Source: Spirochaetota bacterium (GTDB lineage: Bacteria; Spirochaetota; UBA4802; UB4802). From it: a stretch of DNA of 64,000 bases. Positions 1 through 10,419 of this stretch are shown here, piece by piece. A program made the translations under genes and the position numbers. The DNA is taken from contig JBBFLA010000017.1 in the NCBI GenBank assembly GCA_037481795.1, positions 1,423 to 65,422 of the forward strand, given 5' to 3'. Position 1 is the first letter of the stretch, and every line of letters begins with the position of its first letter. The notes under the pieces were generated by a model that worked only from the letters and a program-made list of their open reading frames with translations, searched no databases and was not told where the DNA came from.

Positions 1-359
1 AGCACAGATATTTTTAATCCCTCAATTTCCACTATAAGACAATCGCTGTATGCTTCGTCAAATTCAACACCTGTAATTGAAGTTATAATATCAATTCTTC
101 TGGGAGCTGTGCCTATCTGGAATATGGTTCCACTTTCAAGAAAGTCTTTTTCTGTAATAGAATAAAGTGGAGCTCCAAAACGCTTAAGGCTATGGAGAAC
201 TTTTATAGCATTTTGCTGGTCAGGTTTTATCCAGATGTCTATATCACCGGTAGCTCTAGGGTATCCATGAGCAGCAAGAGCATACGCACCAACTATAATA
301 AATTTAACATCTTCTTCTAACAATATTTGTAACATGTCTTTGTAATCGCTGTTCAGCAT
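1..359 (-). CDS. Nucleotidyltransferase-fold protein (DUF6036/AbiEii-like), runs off the window start
   Basis: Not in the ORF track. Manual translation from ATG 359: MLNSDYKDMLQILLEEDVKFIIVGAYALAAHGYPRATGDIDIWI..., with VGAYAL and T-x-D-x-D motifs; frame open to position 1. Confidence 0.8.
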   Translation of the reverse strand, partial: MLNSDYKDMLQILLEEDVKFIIVGAYALAAHGYPRATGDIDIWIKPDQQNAIKVLHSLKRFGAPLYSITEKDFLESGTIFQIGTAPRRIDIITSITGVEFDEAYSDCLIVEIEGLKISV

Positions 360-504
360 CTGATCCACCTAAAAAAGCCCATGTATCACGTGTAATCTCC
401 CAGACCATTGCAATACGTTGAGCGGGAGTGCCATCAACAAAATCATCATCCGGTATTTCATTTATTTTTTTCTTTAAAATGATTGTGTTTTTCCTTTTAT
501 CCAT
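304..504 (-). CDS. Small hypothetical protein, putative partner/antitoxin of the nucleotidyltransferase
   Basis: 66 aa; overlaps the NTase start; a homologous decayed copy sits at 51408-51605 in the same arrangement. Confidence 0.65.
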   Translation of the reverse strand: MDKRKNTIILKKKINEIPDDDFVDGTPAQRIAMVWEITRDTWAFLGGSDAEQRLQRHVTNIVRRRC

Positions 505-750
505 ACTACGCTTTTTGCTATTCTGTAGTTATGTAAAATCTTAAAAATTTTTTGCTATTACTGGCATAAGCTATATAATAGTCAGGATACATATCCTGGT
601 ATTGCAAGGTTACAATTGGTGTAAACATAATTCTACAAATGTCAAGTGAAATAACTATATAGAGAATGTAAAAAATAAAATTCTTGCATCTTTTTTATGA
701 GTTTGATTGTCTATATATAATTTCAAGAACACGAAAATCAGAGGCTTATT

Positions 751-1518
751 ATGAAGAAAGAACAATTGCGAAAACAAATTTTTGCCGGCAACTGGAAAAT
801 GTTCACAACAAAATCCCAAGCAGTTAATCTAACCATAGGTATTGCTGAAGGCCTTGTGGCTGGCAATCGTGAGATAGTGCTTTTCCCTCCTTCGGTATAT
901 GTTACCTGTGTAAGGACTGCCTGTGAAGGAACACCACTTAAAGTTGGATTTCAGAATATGTATTTTGAAAAGGAGGGAGCATTTACCGGTGAAATTTCGC
1001 CGGTTATGATAAAGGATGTTGGAGCCAGCTATGTGCTTTTAGGACATTCTGAGCGGCGCCATATATTTGATGAAACCGATGAATTAATACACAAAAAAGT
1101 AGTAGCGGCGATAGTTCATGAAATAACTCCAATGCTGTGTGTAGGCGAACTTTTAGAAGAACGTGAAGCGGGAAAATCCGAATCCACCGTAGAAACGCAG
1201 ATAGTCAGAGCCTTTGAAGGATTAACTGCGGAAGATGCTTGCAAGGTGGTTATTGCCTATGAGCCGGTTTGGGCTATTGGCACAGGCAAAGTTGCCACAC
1301 CTGAGATAGCACAGTCCATGCATGCTTTTATTAGAAAAATACTTGCAGCGCTCTATAATGATACTGTAGCACAGACTATCCCAATATTGTATGGTGGTTC
1401 TGTTAAACCGGATAATATTGCAGGGTTGTACGCAATGCCTGATATTGATGGGGTGTTGGTTGGTGGCGCAAGCCTTAAAGTACAATCTTTTCTTGACATT
1501 ATAAAGGTTGGGTTGTAA
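751..1518 (+). CDS. tpiA: Triosephosphate isomerase
   Basis: AGNWKM, GHSERR, AYEPVWAIGTG, YGGSV and LVGGASL motifs. Confidence 0.98.
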   Translation: MKKEQLRKQIFAGNWKMFTTKSQAVNLTIGIAEGLVAGNREIVLFPPSVYVTCVRTACEGTPLKVGFQNMYFEKEGAFTGEISPVMIKDVGASYVLLGHSERRHIFDETDELIHKKVVAAIVHEITPMLCVGELLEEREAGKSESTVETQIVRAFEGLTAEDACKVVIAYEPVWAIGTGKVATPEIAQSMHAFIRKILAALYNDTVAQTIPILYGGSVKPDNIAGLYAMPDIDGVLVGGASLKVQSFLDIIKVGL

Positions 1519-1571
1519 CAAGGCATAAATAATAGCATTTTTAAAATTTAATTAATATATAAAGGTGCAGT

Positions 1572-1907
1572 ATGAGTATACTTATTTCAATAGGAACAGT
1601 ATTGTTTGTAATATTGTCAATACTGCTGGTTATTATCATCCTGCTTCAGTCGGATAAAAGCGCCGGAATGGGTATTTTGGGCGGGTCCAGTAACACAGCG
1701 TTTGGTTCTTCAACTGCTGATATTATCACCAAAATTACCACTGTTATGGTTGCCCTTTTTATGATAGGTTCGTTAGGGCTTTCTGTTTTAGAATCATACA
1801 GAGCGCGCAGCCTGGAAAAAGACCTTTTGAGTGAAGAAAAGTCAGGTGGTGTTATTGAGCAAAAAGCTTTAGAAAAACCAGAAGAAAAACCCCAGCAGCC
1901 AAAATAA
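1572..1907 (+). CDS. secG: Preprotein translocase subunit SecG
   Basis: Two TM helices with a Gly/Ser-rich linker (ILLQ...GG...FG); follows tpiA. Confidence 0.93.
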   Translation: MSILISIGTVLFVILSILLVIIILLQSDKSAGMGILGGSSNTAFGSSTADIITKITTVMVALFMIGSLGLSVLESYRARSLEKDLLSEEKSGGVIEQKALEKPEEKPQQPK

Positions 1908-1969
1908 ATTGCGTATGGATATCCTTTGTAGTATAATGCTATAAATATTTTAAACCAATGGAGGAACCT

Positions 1970-2161
1970 ATGGCAAAAGAAGTGTATGTTGATCAGAGCG
2001 AATGTACAGGATGCGAGCTTTGTGTTGATACGTTGCCAGAAGTTTTTGAAATGACGCCCGATGGTGTGAGCAAAGTTAAAAATTCTAAAGGTGCATCAGA
2101 GGATAAAATTCAGGAAGTTATTGATAGCTGTCCGGCTGAGTGTATCCACTGGAAAGACTGA
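1970..2161 (+). CDS. Single-cluster ferredoxin
   Basis: CTGCELC...CPAECI; GGAGG RBS upstream of ATG 1970 (track start 1958). Confidence 0.92.
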   Translation: MAKEVYVDQSECTGCELCVDTLPEVFEMTPDGVSKVKNSKGASEDKIQEVIDSCPAECIHWKD

Positions 2162-2286
2162 TAGGTTACAGTATATAAATTGAATTCTAACCATACTTAC
2201 AAGGCATATTGGTGCAATATGCCTTGCAATGTTTATAGAAGTACGGGTTGGGCAATTATTGAAAGCGTAAAGGAGTAAACATAACA

Positions 2287-3438
2287 ATGGGAAGAAATTA
2301 TTTATTCACATCTGAATCTGTTTCGGAAGGGCATCCTGATAAGGTTGCTGATCAGATTTCTGATGCCATTTTAGATGAACACATAAAAGGTGATCCATAT
2401 TCACGTGTTGCCTGTGAAACGCTGGTTACCACTAACCGTGTTGTTATTTCAGGTGAGATTACCTCAGCGGTTACTGTTGACTATGAAGCAATAGCACGAA
2501 GGGTTATTGCTGAAATTGGCTATACGTCACCTGAAATTGGATTTGATGCAAAAAATTGTATCGTTGAGGTGTTTATACATCCGCAATCGCCGGATATATC
2601 GCAGGGTGTTACTGAAGGCCAGGGACTTTTTAAGGAACAGGGTGCTGGCGACCAGGGAATGATGTTTGGGTATGCGGTTGCTGAAACTGATGAACTGATG
2701 CCCATGCCCATTTTGTATGCACATCGTCTAGTCAAACGGTTAGCTGAAATTCGCAAAAAAGGTGAGGTAAACTTCCTGCGCCCTGACGGCAAGTCGCAGG
2801 TCACTGTTGAGTATGAAAACGATAAACCCAAACGCATAAGCGCCATAGTTATATCAACTCAGCATGATGGTGCAGTAACGTTGCCCACATTGGAAGAAAT
2901 GGTTCGTGAACTCGTGATAAAAAAGGTAATTCCTGCACATCTGTGGGACAGTAATACTAAAATATATGTTAACCCAACGGGTCGCTTTGAGATAGGTGGG
3001 CCTCATGGGGATACCGGTTTAACGGGAAGGAAGATTATTGTCGACAGTTACGGTGGAATGGGCAGGCATGGTGGTGGTGCATTTTCAGGCAAGGACCCGT
3101 CAAAAGTGGACCGTTCTGCTGCATATATGGGGCGCTATATTGCAAAGAACATTGTAGCTGCAGGGCTTGCGTATCGATGTGAATTGCAGGTGGCCTACGC
3201 TATTGGAGTTGCGGACCCAGTATCCGTGATGGTTGATACGTTTGGCACCAATACCATACCCGAAGCAGAAATTGAAAAAAGAATAAAAAACGTGTTTAAT
3301 TTAAAACCAAAATCCATTATTAATACACTTGATTTGCTTAAACCAAAGTATAAAGCAACAGCAGCATACGGGCATTTTGGCCGCAATGAATCAGGGTTTA
3401 CCTGGGAAGACACAAAGGTGGCAGAACAGTTGCGGTAA
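2287..3438 (+). CDS. metK: S-adenosylmethionine synthetase
   Basis: [35 protein letters not shown]; AAGGAG RBS. Confidence 0.99.
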   Translation: MGRNYLFTSESVSEGHPDKVADQISDAILDEHIKGDPYSRVACETLVTTNRVVISGEITSAVTVDYEAIARRVIAEIGYTSPEIGFDAKNCIVEVFIHPQSPDISQGVTEGQGLFKEQGAGDQGMMFGYAVAETDELMPMPILYAHRLVKRLAEIRKKGEVNFLRPDGKSQVTVEYENDKPKRISAIVISTQHDGAVTLPTLEEMVRELVIKKVIPAHLWDSNTKIYVNPTGRFEIGGPHGDTGLTGRKIIVDSYGGMGRHGGGAFSGKDPSKVDRSAAYMGRYIAKNIVAAGLAYRCELQVAYAIGVADPVSVMVDTFGTNTIPEAEIEKRIKNVFNLKPKSIINTLDLLKPKYKATAAYGHFGRNESGFTWEDTKVAEQLR

Positions 3439-3472
3439 AGCAGAATCTAATTCTAAACATTTGAAAACTATG

Positions 3473-3503
3473 AAAGGAATGCAGGAAGTGCATTCCTTTT
3501 TTT
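3473..3503 (+). terminator. Rho-independent terminator of metK
   Basis: aaaggaatgca-ggaag-tgcattccttt hairpin followed by a T run. Confidence 0.8.
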
Positions 3504-3599
3504 GTGTGAAATCCAAGTTTCCGTTTGAAGTGCACAGTTTAAATACTCTTGTAACACCTCATAGGAAGTTTTTATTTTGTTTTACTCTTTTTTTCTTGA

Positions 3600-4532
3600 A
3601 TCTGCCAGAAACTTCTGTCACAGGGTTACTCAGTACGTGCACTGGTATTGCCGGGTGAAAAATATGAAAACCTTTTACAAGCAGGAGTAGAAATTGTATA
3701 CGGTGATTTGACCAATAAGGAAACAATTGCTGGTATATGTAATGGCATACATACAGTGTATCATTGTGCTGCGCGGGTAACTGATTGGGGCACAAAACAA
3801 CAGTTTTATAGAGCTATCTATCGAGCTACATGCAATTTACTGGAAGAATCAAAAAACAATATACAGCGGTTTGTATATCTGTCGTCTATAGCTGCATTGG
3901 GCTTGGGAAAACATTTAAAAGGGAAAAAAGAAACTGACCTTCCACAAAAATCAGGTATTCCTTATAATGATGCAAAGGCTGATACTGAAATTCTGGTAAA
4001 ACAATATCATGAGAGCAGTGGATTTTCATGTACCATAATACGCCCTGCAAATGTCATTGGACCGGGGAGTGTGTGGGTCAGGGATATTGTTACACGGCTG
4101 CAGTCTGTGACAGGAGTTCCTTTAATTGATGGAGGAAGATATAGTGCCAGTCTTGTGTATGTGGATAATCTAGTAGATGGAATTATACGTGCAGGGACTA
4201 TGGAAATAGCAAAAGGGAAAACGTACCATTTCAGGGATGATTATGTGGTAACATGGAAGCAATATATCACTGATTTAGGGAAAATAGCTGGTAAAATGCC
4301 AAAAGGAAATATCCCATTTGCAATGGCGTGGAATGCAGCAGTTGTAATGGAAAAGGTGTGTAATCAGCTGCATATTCGTTCACCACTTACACGGCTGGCA
4401 GTGGCGGTAATTGGCAGGGATAATGATGTTGATACTACCATGACACAAGCAGAATTGAAATGGAAAACAATGGTACCGTATGATGGTGCAATGAAGGAAA
4501 TTGGAGTATGGGTTAAACATACATTATTATAA
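3600..4532 (+). pseudogene. NAD-dependent epimerase/3-beta-HSD-like extended SDR lacking its N-terminal GxxGxxG
   Basis: Frame opens only after TGA 3597 (ICQKLLSQGYSVRALV...). VYHCAA, LSS, YxxxK (YNDAK) and RPANVIGPG are present, but the first strand and nucleotide-binding loop are missing. Confidence 0.65.
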
Positions 4533-4635
4533 ATTGTATTGACGTAAAACCGCATCATATAAATAATCAACCTTTATTACATTCAATTCACAGTGTGTAA
4601 AACTATATTTTCTGTATATAAACATATGGGGTTGT

Positions 4636-6075
4636 ATGGAGTATCGCATAACTACAAATAAAATATATATAACTATAGCACTTTTCTTTTTTTTGGTGCA
4701 ACCAGTCTTTGCTCAGGAAAGTATTTCTCAAAGCACTGATGGACAGAACTATCGCAACATGAATATAGATATGCAGGTGGTGTACGGGCAATACAATGAT
4801 ATGCTGTCAACGGTTAACTTTTCACAGGAGCAGGAAGGCTTTGTATATCTACTCAGGACATATTTGAAAAAATCCAATGACTATGGATACAAGGATGACA
4901 TCTATAAAAACACAAGCTACTACCAGAACCGCATTGGATTTACCGGAAATGTGACAGCCACAGAAACCTGGAAATCGATATTTGATATAAGCGTACATAA
5001 TGATTCATACGGTATGGCTGAAAATCCTGTATACAGCCGTGAAGAAAAAGACAACGTTATCCTTGACTGGAAAAATATAGTAAAGTACAGCCCTTCATTT
5101 GAAATGTATTATGGCATAGGTGGTGCACAGTATTACCACAGGCTGGTTGGCACAACCACGCAAGGTGAAACAAGCCGCGTATATCAGGGACACGGCCAGA
5201 TTGGGGGTGAATATATATGGTCAGCTTCCAACCGTTTTAAATATTCATCCACGTTCTATGGCTATTCATACGAAGAATATGAAAATGATTTTTTTTGTAA
5301 CAATGAGATAGTTGATGACTTTAATATAACAAAGGATGTTGGAGTAACAATTGGTCTCAATGCAGATTTTAACAGGGATGACCACTGGTTGCTGGGACCA
5401 ATTATTGGAGCAAGTTATAAGGGTTTCAGTAATTCCAGCTTTGTATTACAGTACAGTTACTTCATGCAGCCGTTCAAGCCTGAAGAATTGTACTTACAGC
5501 AAAAGTTCATTGCGCCAATATACAATCTTGAACCGGCTCATGTTCATAAAGTTCATGCAAAGATTGATTATAAAATGAATAGTTTAATAACAATGCAGGT
5601 TGTGTCGCAGACTGAACATAGTAACAACTTCTACAATTATGTAACTGTCCCGGGCGATGTGTTGACTGCTAAGGGTGTTGAGTCGTGGATTTTTACCAAT
5701 AGTGTTATGCTGGTACTCAATATTGTGCCCAAAGTGCTCAATGTTGATGCACAGTATACCTATGCATATTATAATGCTGATGAACATATAACCTACAGGC
5801 CACAGCATCTGGTGGCAATGGCAATAACCTATAATGGGACAAAGTGGAAAATTAATCTTTCCCATGATATTGCAAGTTCAGTATATACCTCACCTGTTGA
5901 TGATACCAAACTCAAATCGCGGGTGGTTGGGTATTTAGATTTACAGCGAAAAATGCTTGAAGGCTTTTTTGCATATTTTAGAGTGGAAAATTTATATAAC
6001 AATCGCTATTATCTTAGGGAAAATTATCCGGAATCTGGTATCAAGGGATTGTTTGGCATACGGATATTATTATAG
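4636..6075 (+). CDS. Outer-membrane beta-barrel protein with a TonB-dependent-receptor-like C-terminus
   Basis: Signal peptide (VFA-QE); aromatic-rich amphipathic strands; C-terminal RVENLYNNRY...GIRILL resembles the TBDR end motif. Confidence 0.7.
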   Translation: MEYRITTNKIYITIALFFFLVQPVFAQESISQSTDGQNYRNMNIDMQVVYGQYNDMLSTVNFSQEQEGFVYLLRTYLKKSNDYGYKDDIYKNTSYYQNRIGFTGNVTATETWKSIFDISVHNDSYGMAENPVYSREEKDNVILDWKNIVKYSPSFEMYYGIGGAQYYHRLVGTTTQGETSRVYQGHGQIGGEYIWSASNRFKYSSTFYGYSYEEYENDFFCNNEIVDDFNITKDVGVTIGLNADFNRDDHWLLGPIIGASYKGFSNSSFVLQYSYFMQPFKPEELYLQQKFIAPIYNLEPAHVHKVHAKIDYKMNSLITMQVVSQTEHSNNFYNYVTVPGDVLTAKGVESWIFTNSVMLVLNIVPKVLNVDAQYTYAYYNADEHITYRPQHLVAMAITYNGTKWKINLSHDIASSVYTSPVDDTKLKSRVVGYLDLQRKMLEGFFAYFRVENLYNNRYYLRENYPESGIKGLFGIRILL

Positions 6076-6113
6076 GCGATAGTTCATAGTATATAATCAC
6101 AGGATAAAACACT

Positions 6114-6749
6114 ATGCACAGTGGTACATTAATTGGCGTATTTGATGCCGTGCCAACATGGGTAATGCTTTTACCAATTTTGCTCTGTTCGGTGATAGCT
6201 GTTGCAGCTATCGTTGAAAGGATAATTTTTTACCGGAGAATTAATGCCGATTATGCACTGCTGGTTAGCAGTGTACAAAAAGAATGCAGCGCAAACAATA
6301 TCCAGCAGGCATTGTTGTTGTGTAAAAGGGTGCCAGGTCCCATAAGCGAGCTCATCCACAATGCCATAACCTTTGCCAACACAAAGAAAGAAAGGGAAGG
6401 GCTTATTGCCGAACAGGTGTATGCTGCACAAAAAGCTATTGAAAAGCATATAGGCATTATAGCAACTATTGCTACCATAGCGCCAATGTTTGGGCTTTTG
6501 GGAACTGTGACCGGTATGATGAAATCATTCAGTGCGTTATCAAAGGTGGGCAGTGTAGCACAGGATTTGCTGGCGTATGGCATTGCTGAGGCGCTTATAA
6601 CAACAGCATTAGGTTTGCTTGTAGCAATACCGTCATGGATTTTCTATAATTATTTGGTAAGCCGTGTGGAAAGGTTTAATAAAGATCTTGAATACGTAGC
6701 AAATACACTGCTGGATTTCCCATTATGTTCAATAGAACAAAAACAGTAA
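6114..6749 (+). CDS. exbB: MotA/TolQ/ExbB proton channel protein
   Basis: APMFGLLGTVTGMM and GIAEALITTALGLLVAIP. Confidence 0.9.
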   Translation: MHSGTLIGVFDAVPTWVMLLPILLCSVIAVAAIVERIIFYRRINADYALLVSSVQKECSANNIQQALLLCKRVPGPISELIHNAITFANTKKEREGLIAEQVYAAQKAIEKHIGIIATIATIAPMFGLLGTVTGMMKSFSALSKVGSVAQDLLAYGIAEALITTALGLLVAIPSWIFYNYLVSRVERFNKDLEYVANTLLDFPLCSIEQKQ

Positions 6750-6792
6750 TATCGGTATTGCAATAACAAAAAAGGCATGCATTAAAGCGCAT

Positions 6793-7218
6793 ATGGATCA
6801 AGGGTTAAAAACTACAATAAAAGTAAAAAGTAAATTAGGGTATAGATCCTTAATTGATATTACGTCGCTTGTTGACATGACATTTTTACTGGTAGCTTTT
6901 TTTATGGTGACATCAAGTTTTGGGTCACTATCGTCTATTACAGTACACCTGCCCAAGGCAGTTCAGTCGGGGCAGATGCAGCATGCCAATATGGTAATCA
7001 GTATAAATCAAAAAAATGAGGTTTTTGTTAATGATGTAAAATACCCTTTGGGTGATTTGTTGCAGGAATTCAGGAAAAGAAAGGAATTAGTTAAAGACAA
7101 AGTGGTTATTATCCGCGGTGACAGGGATGCAAATTATGAAACAATCATTACTGTTATGGATCTTCTCAATCAGGCAGGCATCCCACGATTTACACTGGCA
7201 ACAGTTAAACCTAAATGA
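6793..7218 (+). CDS. exbD: ExbD/TolR family protein
   Basis: ITSLVDMTFLLVAFFMV TM helix with the conserved Asp; IRGD...VMD. Confidence 0.9.
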   Translation: MDQGLKTTIKVKSKLGYRSLIDITSLVDMTFLLVAFFMVTSSFGSLSSITVHLPKAVQSGQMQHANMVISINQKNEVFVNDVKYPLGDLLQEFRKRKELVKDKVVIIRGDRDANYETIITVMDLLNQAGIPRFTLATVKPK

Positions 7219-7297
7219 AAACTGCAAATAAAATATAGCAAACAATACCGTGAATGGTAAATGCTGTGGTTAAAATAGAATAAAGGAATTGGACAGG

Positions 7298-9820
7298 ATG
7301 AAGAAAGCAGGGATTTTTGTTTCAGTAATTGTTATACTGGCACTATTTAACGGTGGTTTTGGACAACCCTCAAAATATGAAGGAAAGATAGTTAAAAAGA
7401 TAGAGTTTACAGGGCTTTTTGATGTTGATGAAGAAGACCTGTTAGATGTTATGACCACTGAAGTTGGCTATCCCCTGAGAGCAGTGGAAATACGTGAGGA
7501 TATAAAGAAAATCTTTAAAACCGGAAAGTTTGAAAATATTATTGTTGAAACACAAGAATATGAAGATGGTGTTGCTGTTCGTTTTGTATGCACAGAACGT
7601 CCTACCGTGAATAAAATTATATTCAAAGGAGTTGAGGAAGTAAGCGAAACAACCCTGAAAGAGGAGTTGCCAATTAAAGAAGGAGATGTATACCGCAAAG
7701 ACAAGGTTGAAATGGCACTTACCAAAATCCGCAATAAATATGAAACAGAAGGCCTTTTCAATGCAATTGTGAAGTACAAAGTTGAAGAGGAAAAAGATGA
7801 AAAGAATGCGGTCAATGTTATATTTATTGTGGATGAAGGAGAAGATATCAAAGTACAGAAAATAGCTATAGTAGGCAATACAATTGTTCCTTTAAGCACA
7901 TTAAAAGGTTTATTGCAAACTGAAGAGGAAGGCCTCTTTGCTGATGCAAAATTCAATAAGGCCACCTATGAGGACGATAAAGCAAAAATACTGGCATACT
8001 ACCGTGAATTGGGATATTTAGATGCTGACATTGTTGAAGATACTGTGGAATACCGGTGGTTAGATCTAGAAACACAGGAAAAGCGTGGCATATACATTAC
8101 AATAAAATTGCGTGAAGGCGAGCGTTATTATTTTGATGGGTATGAAGTATCAGGTAACGAGGTATTTTCCACTCAAGAAATTACATCGCAATTTGAACAA
8201 ACCAAAATAGGCGATCCATTCAATGATACCCTGTATCAAAAAGATAGGCAGATGATAAGTTTTACCTATGCAACAAAAGGGTATATCTTTGCGCGTATAA
8301 TTCCGGAACGCAAAATAACTGAAAAAGAAGTGGATGTTGATGGAAAAAAAGAAAAACGAAAATTTGTCTTTACCCATTTCCATATTAAAGAAGGCTCGCA
8401 GGCATATATAGAAAATATCATTATCAAAGGAAATCAAAAAACCAAGGATAAAGTTATCCGCCGTGAATTGGTTGTCTATGAAGGTGAGCTTTTCAACTCG
8501 TACAAGATGCAGCTTTCGCGTGAGCGTTTATACAATTTGGGATTCTTCAAAGAAGTTAACTTTGATGTACGGCCGGGATCAAAAGAAGGGTACATGAACC
8601 TCATTGTAGATGTTGTGGAACAACCGTCAGGTACTATTTCGCTTGGTGGTGGCTGGGGTTCAATGACGGGTTTTTCCATCTTTGCTGATGTTGCTGAAAA
8701 TAACTTTATGGGCAATGGTCAGCGTATCTCACTTCGCTTTGAATATGGTCCACTGCGAAATTCTATTACGCTTGGTTTCAATGAGCCATGGCTTTTTGAT
8801 AAGCCCATTGGTCTTAATCTGTCTGTTTTCTATATGCTATCAACTATTGAACAAAGCTCAATTTTCACCAGTTCAAATCAAAAAGCATCGCATCAAACGC
8901 AGCAGTATGGTTATTCAATAGGGTTGAATTACAGGTTTTGGTATTACTATGGCATTGGCTCTGTGTGGTATCATGCCATGAAGGAAGTAATTAATGCATC
9001 CGGTAATAGCACCGATACTGTTTTTCTGGAACAGGCTCAAGGGTTACAGGAAAAGCGTAAGCTAACCCTGTATGCATACCGTGACTCAAAAGACAACTAT
9101 CTCAATCCAACACGTGGCTGGCGAGCTGAGTTTTCTGCGTCCTTTACTGGTGGCTATATAATTCGCGGTGATGATCACTGGGTGCAGTATTCCCCTGATC
9201 TGTACTGGTATTTTTCACCATTTCATTTGCCTTTCCTGAAAACACATCCGTGCGTCATTGAGCTGCGTTTTAACGGTACGTTTATAACCCCGCCATGGTT
9301 TAAAAATAAGATGTACAATATACAGGATCCTGATAAAAATCCATGGCTTGAATCTGAAGACCTGCTTTACATTGGTGGTCCTGAAACATTGCGCGGATGG
9401 GAAATCCTGGATTTTGACTTTCCCGATTCCTGGCGCTATGGTTTATTCCACCGAATCTTGTATGGTGCTGAATTTAGAATACCCATCCATCCAACATTTT
9501 TATGGTTTGTATTCTTCTTTGATGCAGGTTCGGTGTGGACCGATAGTTTCTGGGAAAAGAGCCTTGAGCAATCAACCAGGGACATCATCAATGAAGACAA
9601 AGCCAATGGCTTGCTCTATGATATAAGAGATATAAATAAGATTGACTATATGTCCTATTTTAAATATTCATATGGATTTGGGTTTAAGATTCAGATACCC
9701 ATGATGCCACTACGATTCTGGTTTGGACGAAAATTAGCATGGGTTGGCAGAGATGATGGCTATTTTAAACCATTGAGTGGTTTCCAGTTCCAGTTTGGTA
9801 TTGGGGATATGCGATTTTGA
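7298..9820 (+). CDS. bamA: Outer membrane protein assembly factor BamA
   Basis: POTRA repeats (GNQKTKDKVIRREL, LYNLGFF), NFMGNGQ, TLRGW lid motif, terminal FQFGIGDMRF. Confidence 0.95.
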   Translation: MKKAGIFVSVIVILALFNGGFGQPSKYEGKIVKKIEFTGLFDVDEEDLLDVMTTEVGYPLRAVEIREDIKKIFKTGKFENIIVETQEYEDGVAVRFVCTERPTVNKIIFKGVEEVSETTLKEELPIKEGDVYRKDKVEMALTKIRNKYETEGLFNAIVKYKVEEEKDEKNAVNVIFIVDEGEDIKVQKIAIVGNTIVPLSTLKGLLQTEEEGLFADAKFNKATYEDDKAKILAYYRELGYLDADIVEDTVEYRWLDLETQEKRGIYITIKLREGERYYFDGYEVSGNEVFSTQEITSQFEQTKIGDPFNDTLYQKDRQMISFTYATKGYIFARIIPERKITEKEVDVDGKKEKRKFVFTHFHIKEGSQAYIENIIIKGNQKTKDKVIRRELVVYEGELFNSYKMQLSRERLYNLGFFKEVNFDVRPGSKEGYMNLIVDVVEQPSGTISLGGGWGSMTGFSIFADVAENNFMGNGQRISLRFEYGPLRNSITLGFNEPWLFDKPIGLNLSVFYMLSTIEQSSIFTSSNQKASHQTQQYGYSIGLNYRFWYYYGIGSVWYHAMKEVINASGNSTDTVFLEQAQGLQEKRKLTLYAYRDSKDNYLNPTRGWRAEFSASFTGGYIIRGDDHWVQYSPDLYWYFSPFHLPFLKTHPCVIELRFNGTFITPPWFKNKMYNIQDPDKNPWLESEDLLYIGGPETLRGWEILDFDFPDSWRYGLFHRILYGAEFRIPIHPTFLWFVFFFDAGSVWTDSFWEKSLEQSTRDIINEDKANGLLYDIRDINKIDYMSYFKYSYGFGFKIQIPMMPLRFWFGRKLAWVGRDDGYFKPLSGFQFQFGIGDMRF

Positions 9821-10266
9821 TAATGAAACGTTTAGTTTTATTTATACTGTGTTTACTAATTGTATCATGCAATACAGTTGACAGAGATGACAGCCTTGCA
9901 ATAAGGTATGTTCAGTTGCCCATATTGTATAATTACATGATTCAGACATCGCCGGATGCTCTTATTTTGCAAAAGCGATATAATGAGTTAAAGATGCAGC
10001 TTGACACCCCATCAGTAAGTGATACTGAAAGAAAAGAGCTTACAGTAAAGCTTCAATCTATTGGAGACGAGATGGATAAGCAGAAAAAAATTTTTTTAAT
10101 GGATATTCAGCAGGCTATAGCAACTGTAGCAAAACGTAATGGGTACACAATAGTCCTTGGTGGCGGTGATACTGTTGTGTATGCCAAAGACGGGTATGAT
10201 ATTACCAATGAAGTGCTTAAGGAGCTTGCAGCATTGCGCTTGCAGAAATCACCTGCAGCAAGATGA
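9820..10266 (+). CDS. skp: OmpH/Skp-like periplasmic chaperone (predicted lipoprotein)
   Basis: Follows bamA; coiled coil; VAKRNGYTIVL...DITNEVL; IVSC lipobox. Confidence 0.8.
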   Translation: MMKRLVLFILCLLIVSCNTVDRDDSLAIRYVQLPILYNYMIQTSPDALILQKRYNELKMQLDTPSVSDTERKELTVKLQSIGDEMDKQKKIFLMDIQQAIATVAKRNGYTIVLGGGDTVVYAKDGYDITNEVLKELAALRLQKSPAAR

Positions 10267-10380
10267 TGCTTCGATAAACTCAGCAACCATGCTTCGATAG
10301 GAGGTCACTGAGCCTGTCGAAGTGGGTCATTATGAAAAATGAGATTGCTTTGTTTCAGCTTTGTGGGGGCTTGCAATGAC
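10266..10380. repeat. REP-like palindromic repeat cluster
   Basis: cttcgataaactcag / ctgagcctgtcgaag arms and gagattgct...gcaatgac, shared with the copies at 37622-37918 and 62249-62481. Confidence 0.7.
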
Positions 10381-10419
10381 ATTTATTCAAAATTTCCTGA
10401 TACCGGGAGTATTTTTGTT

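Noticed and set aside
2162-2286. SAM riboswitch upstream of metK
   Set aside because: No SAM-I core (AUC..GAG...GCAACC...GAU) or other SAM aptamer recognised; an Rfam scan would be decisive.
3597-3599. TGA before the epimerase as a Sec codon
   Set aside because: The upstream frame has no SDR similarity or start codon, and the position is not a Cys site.
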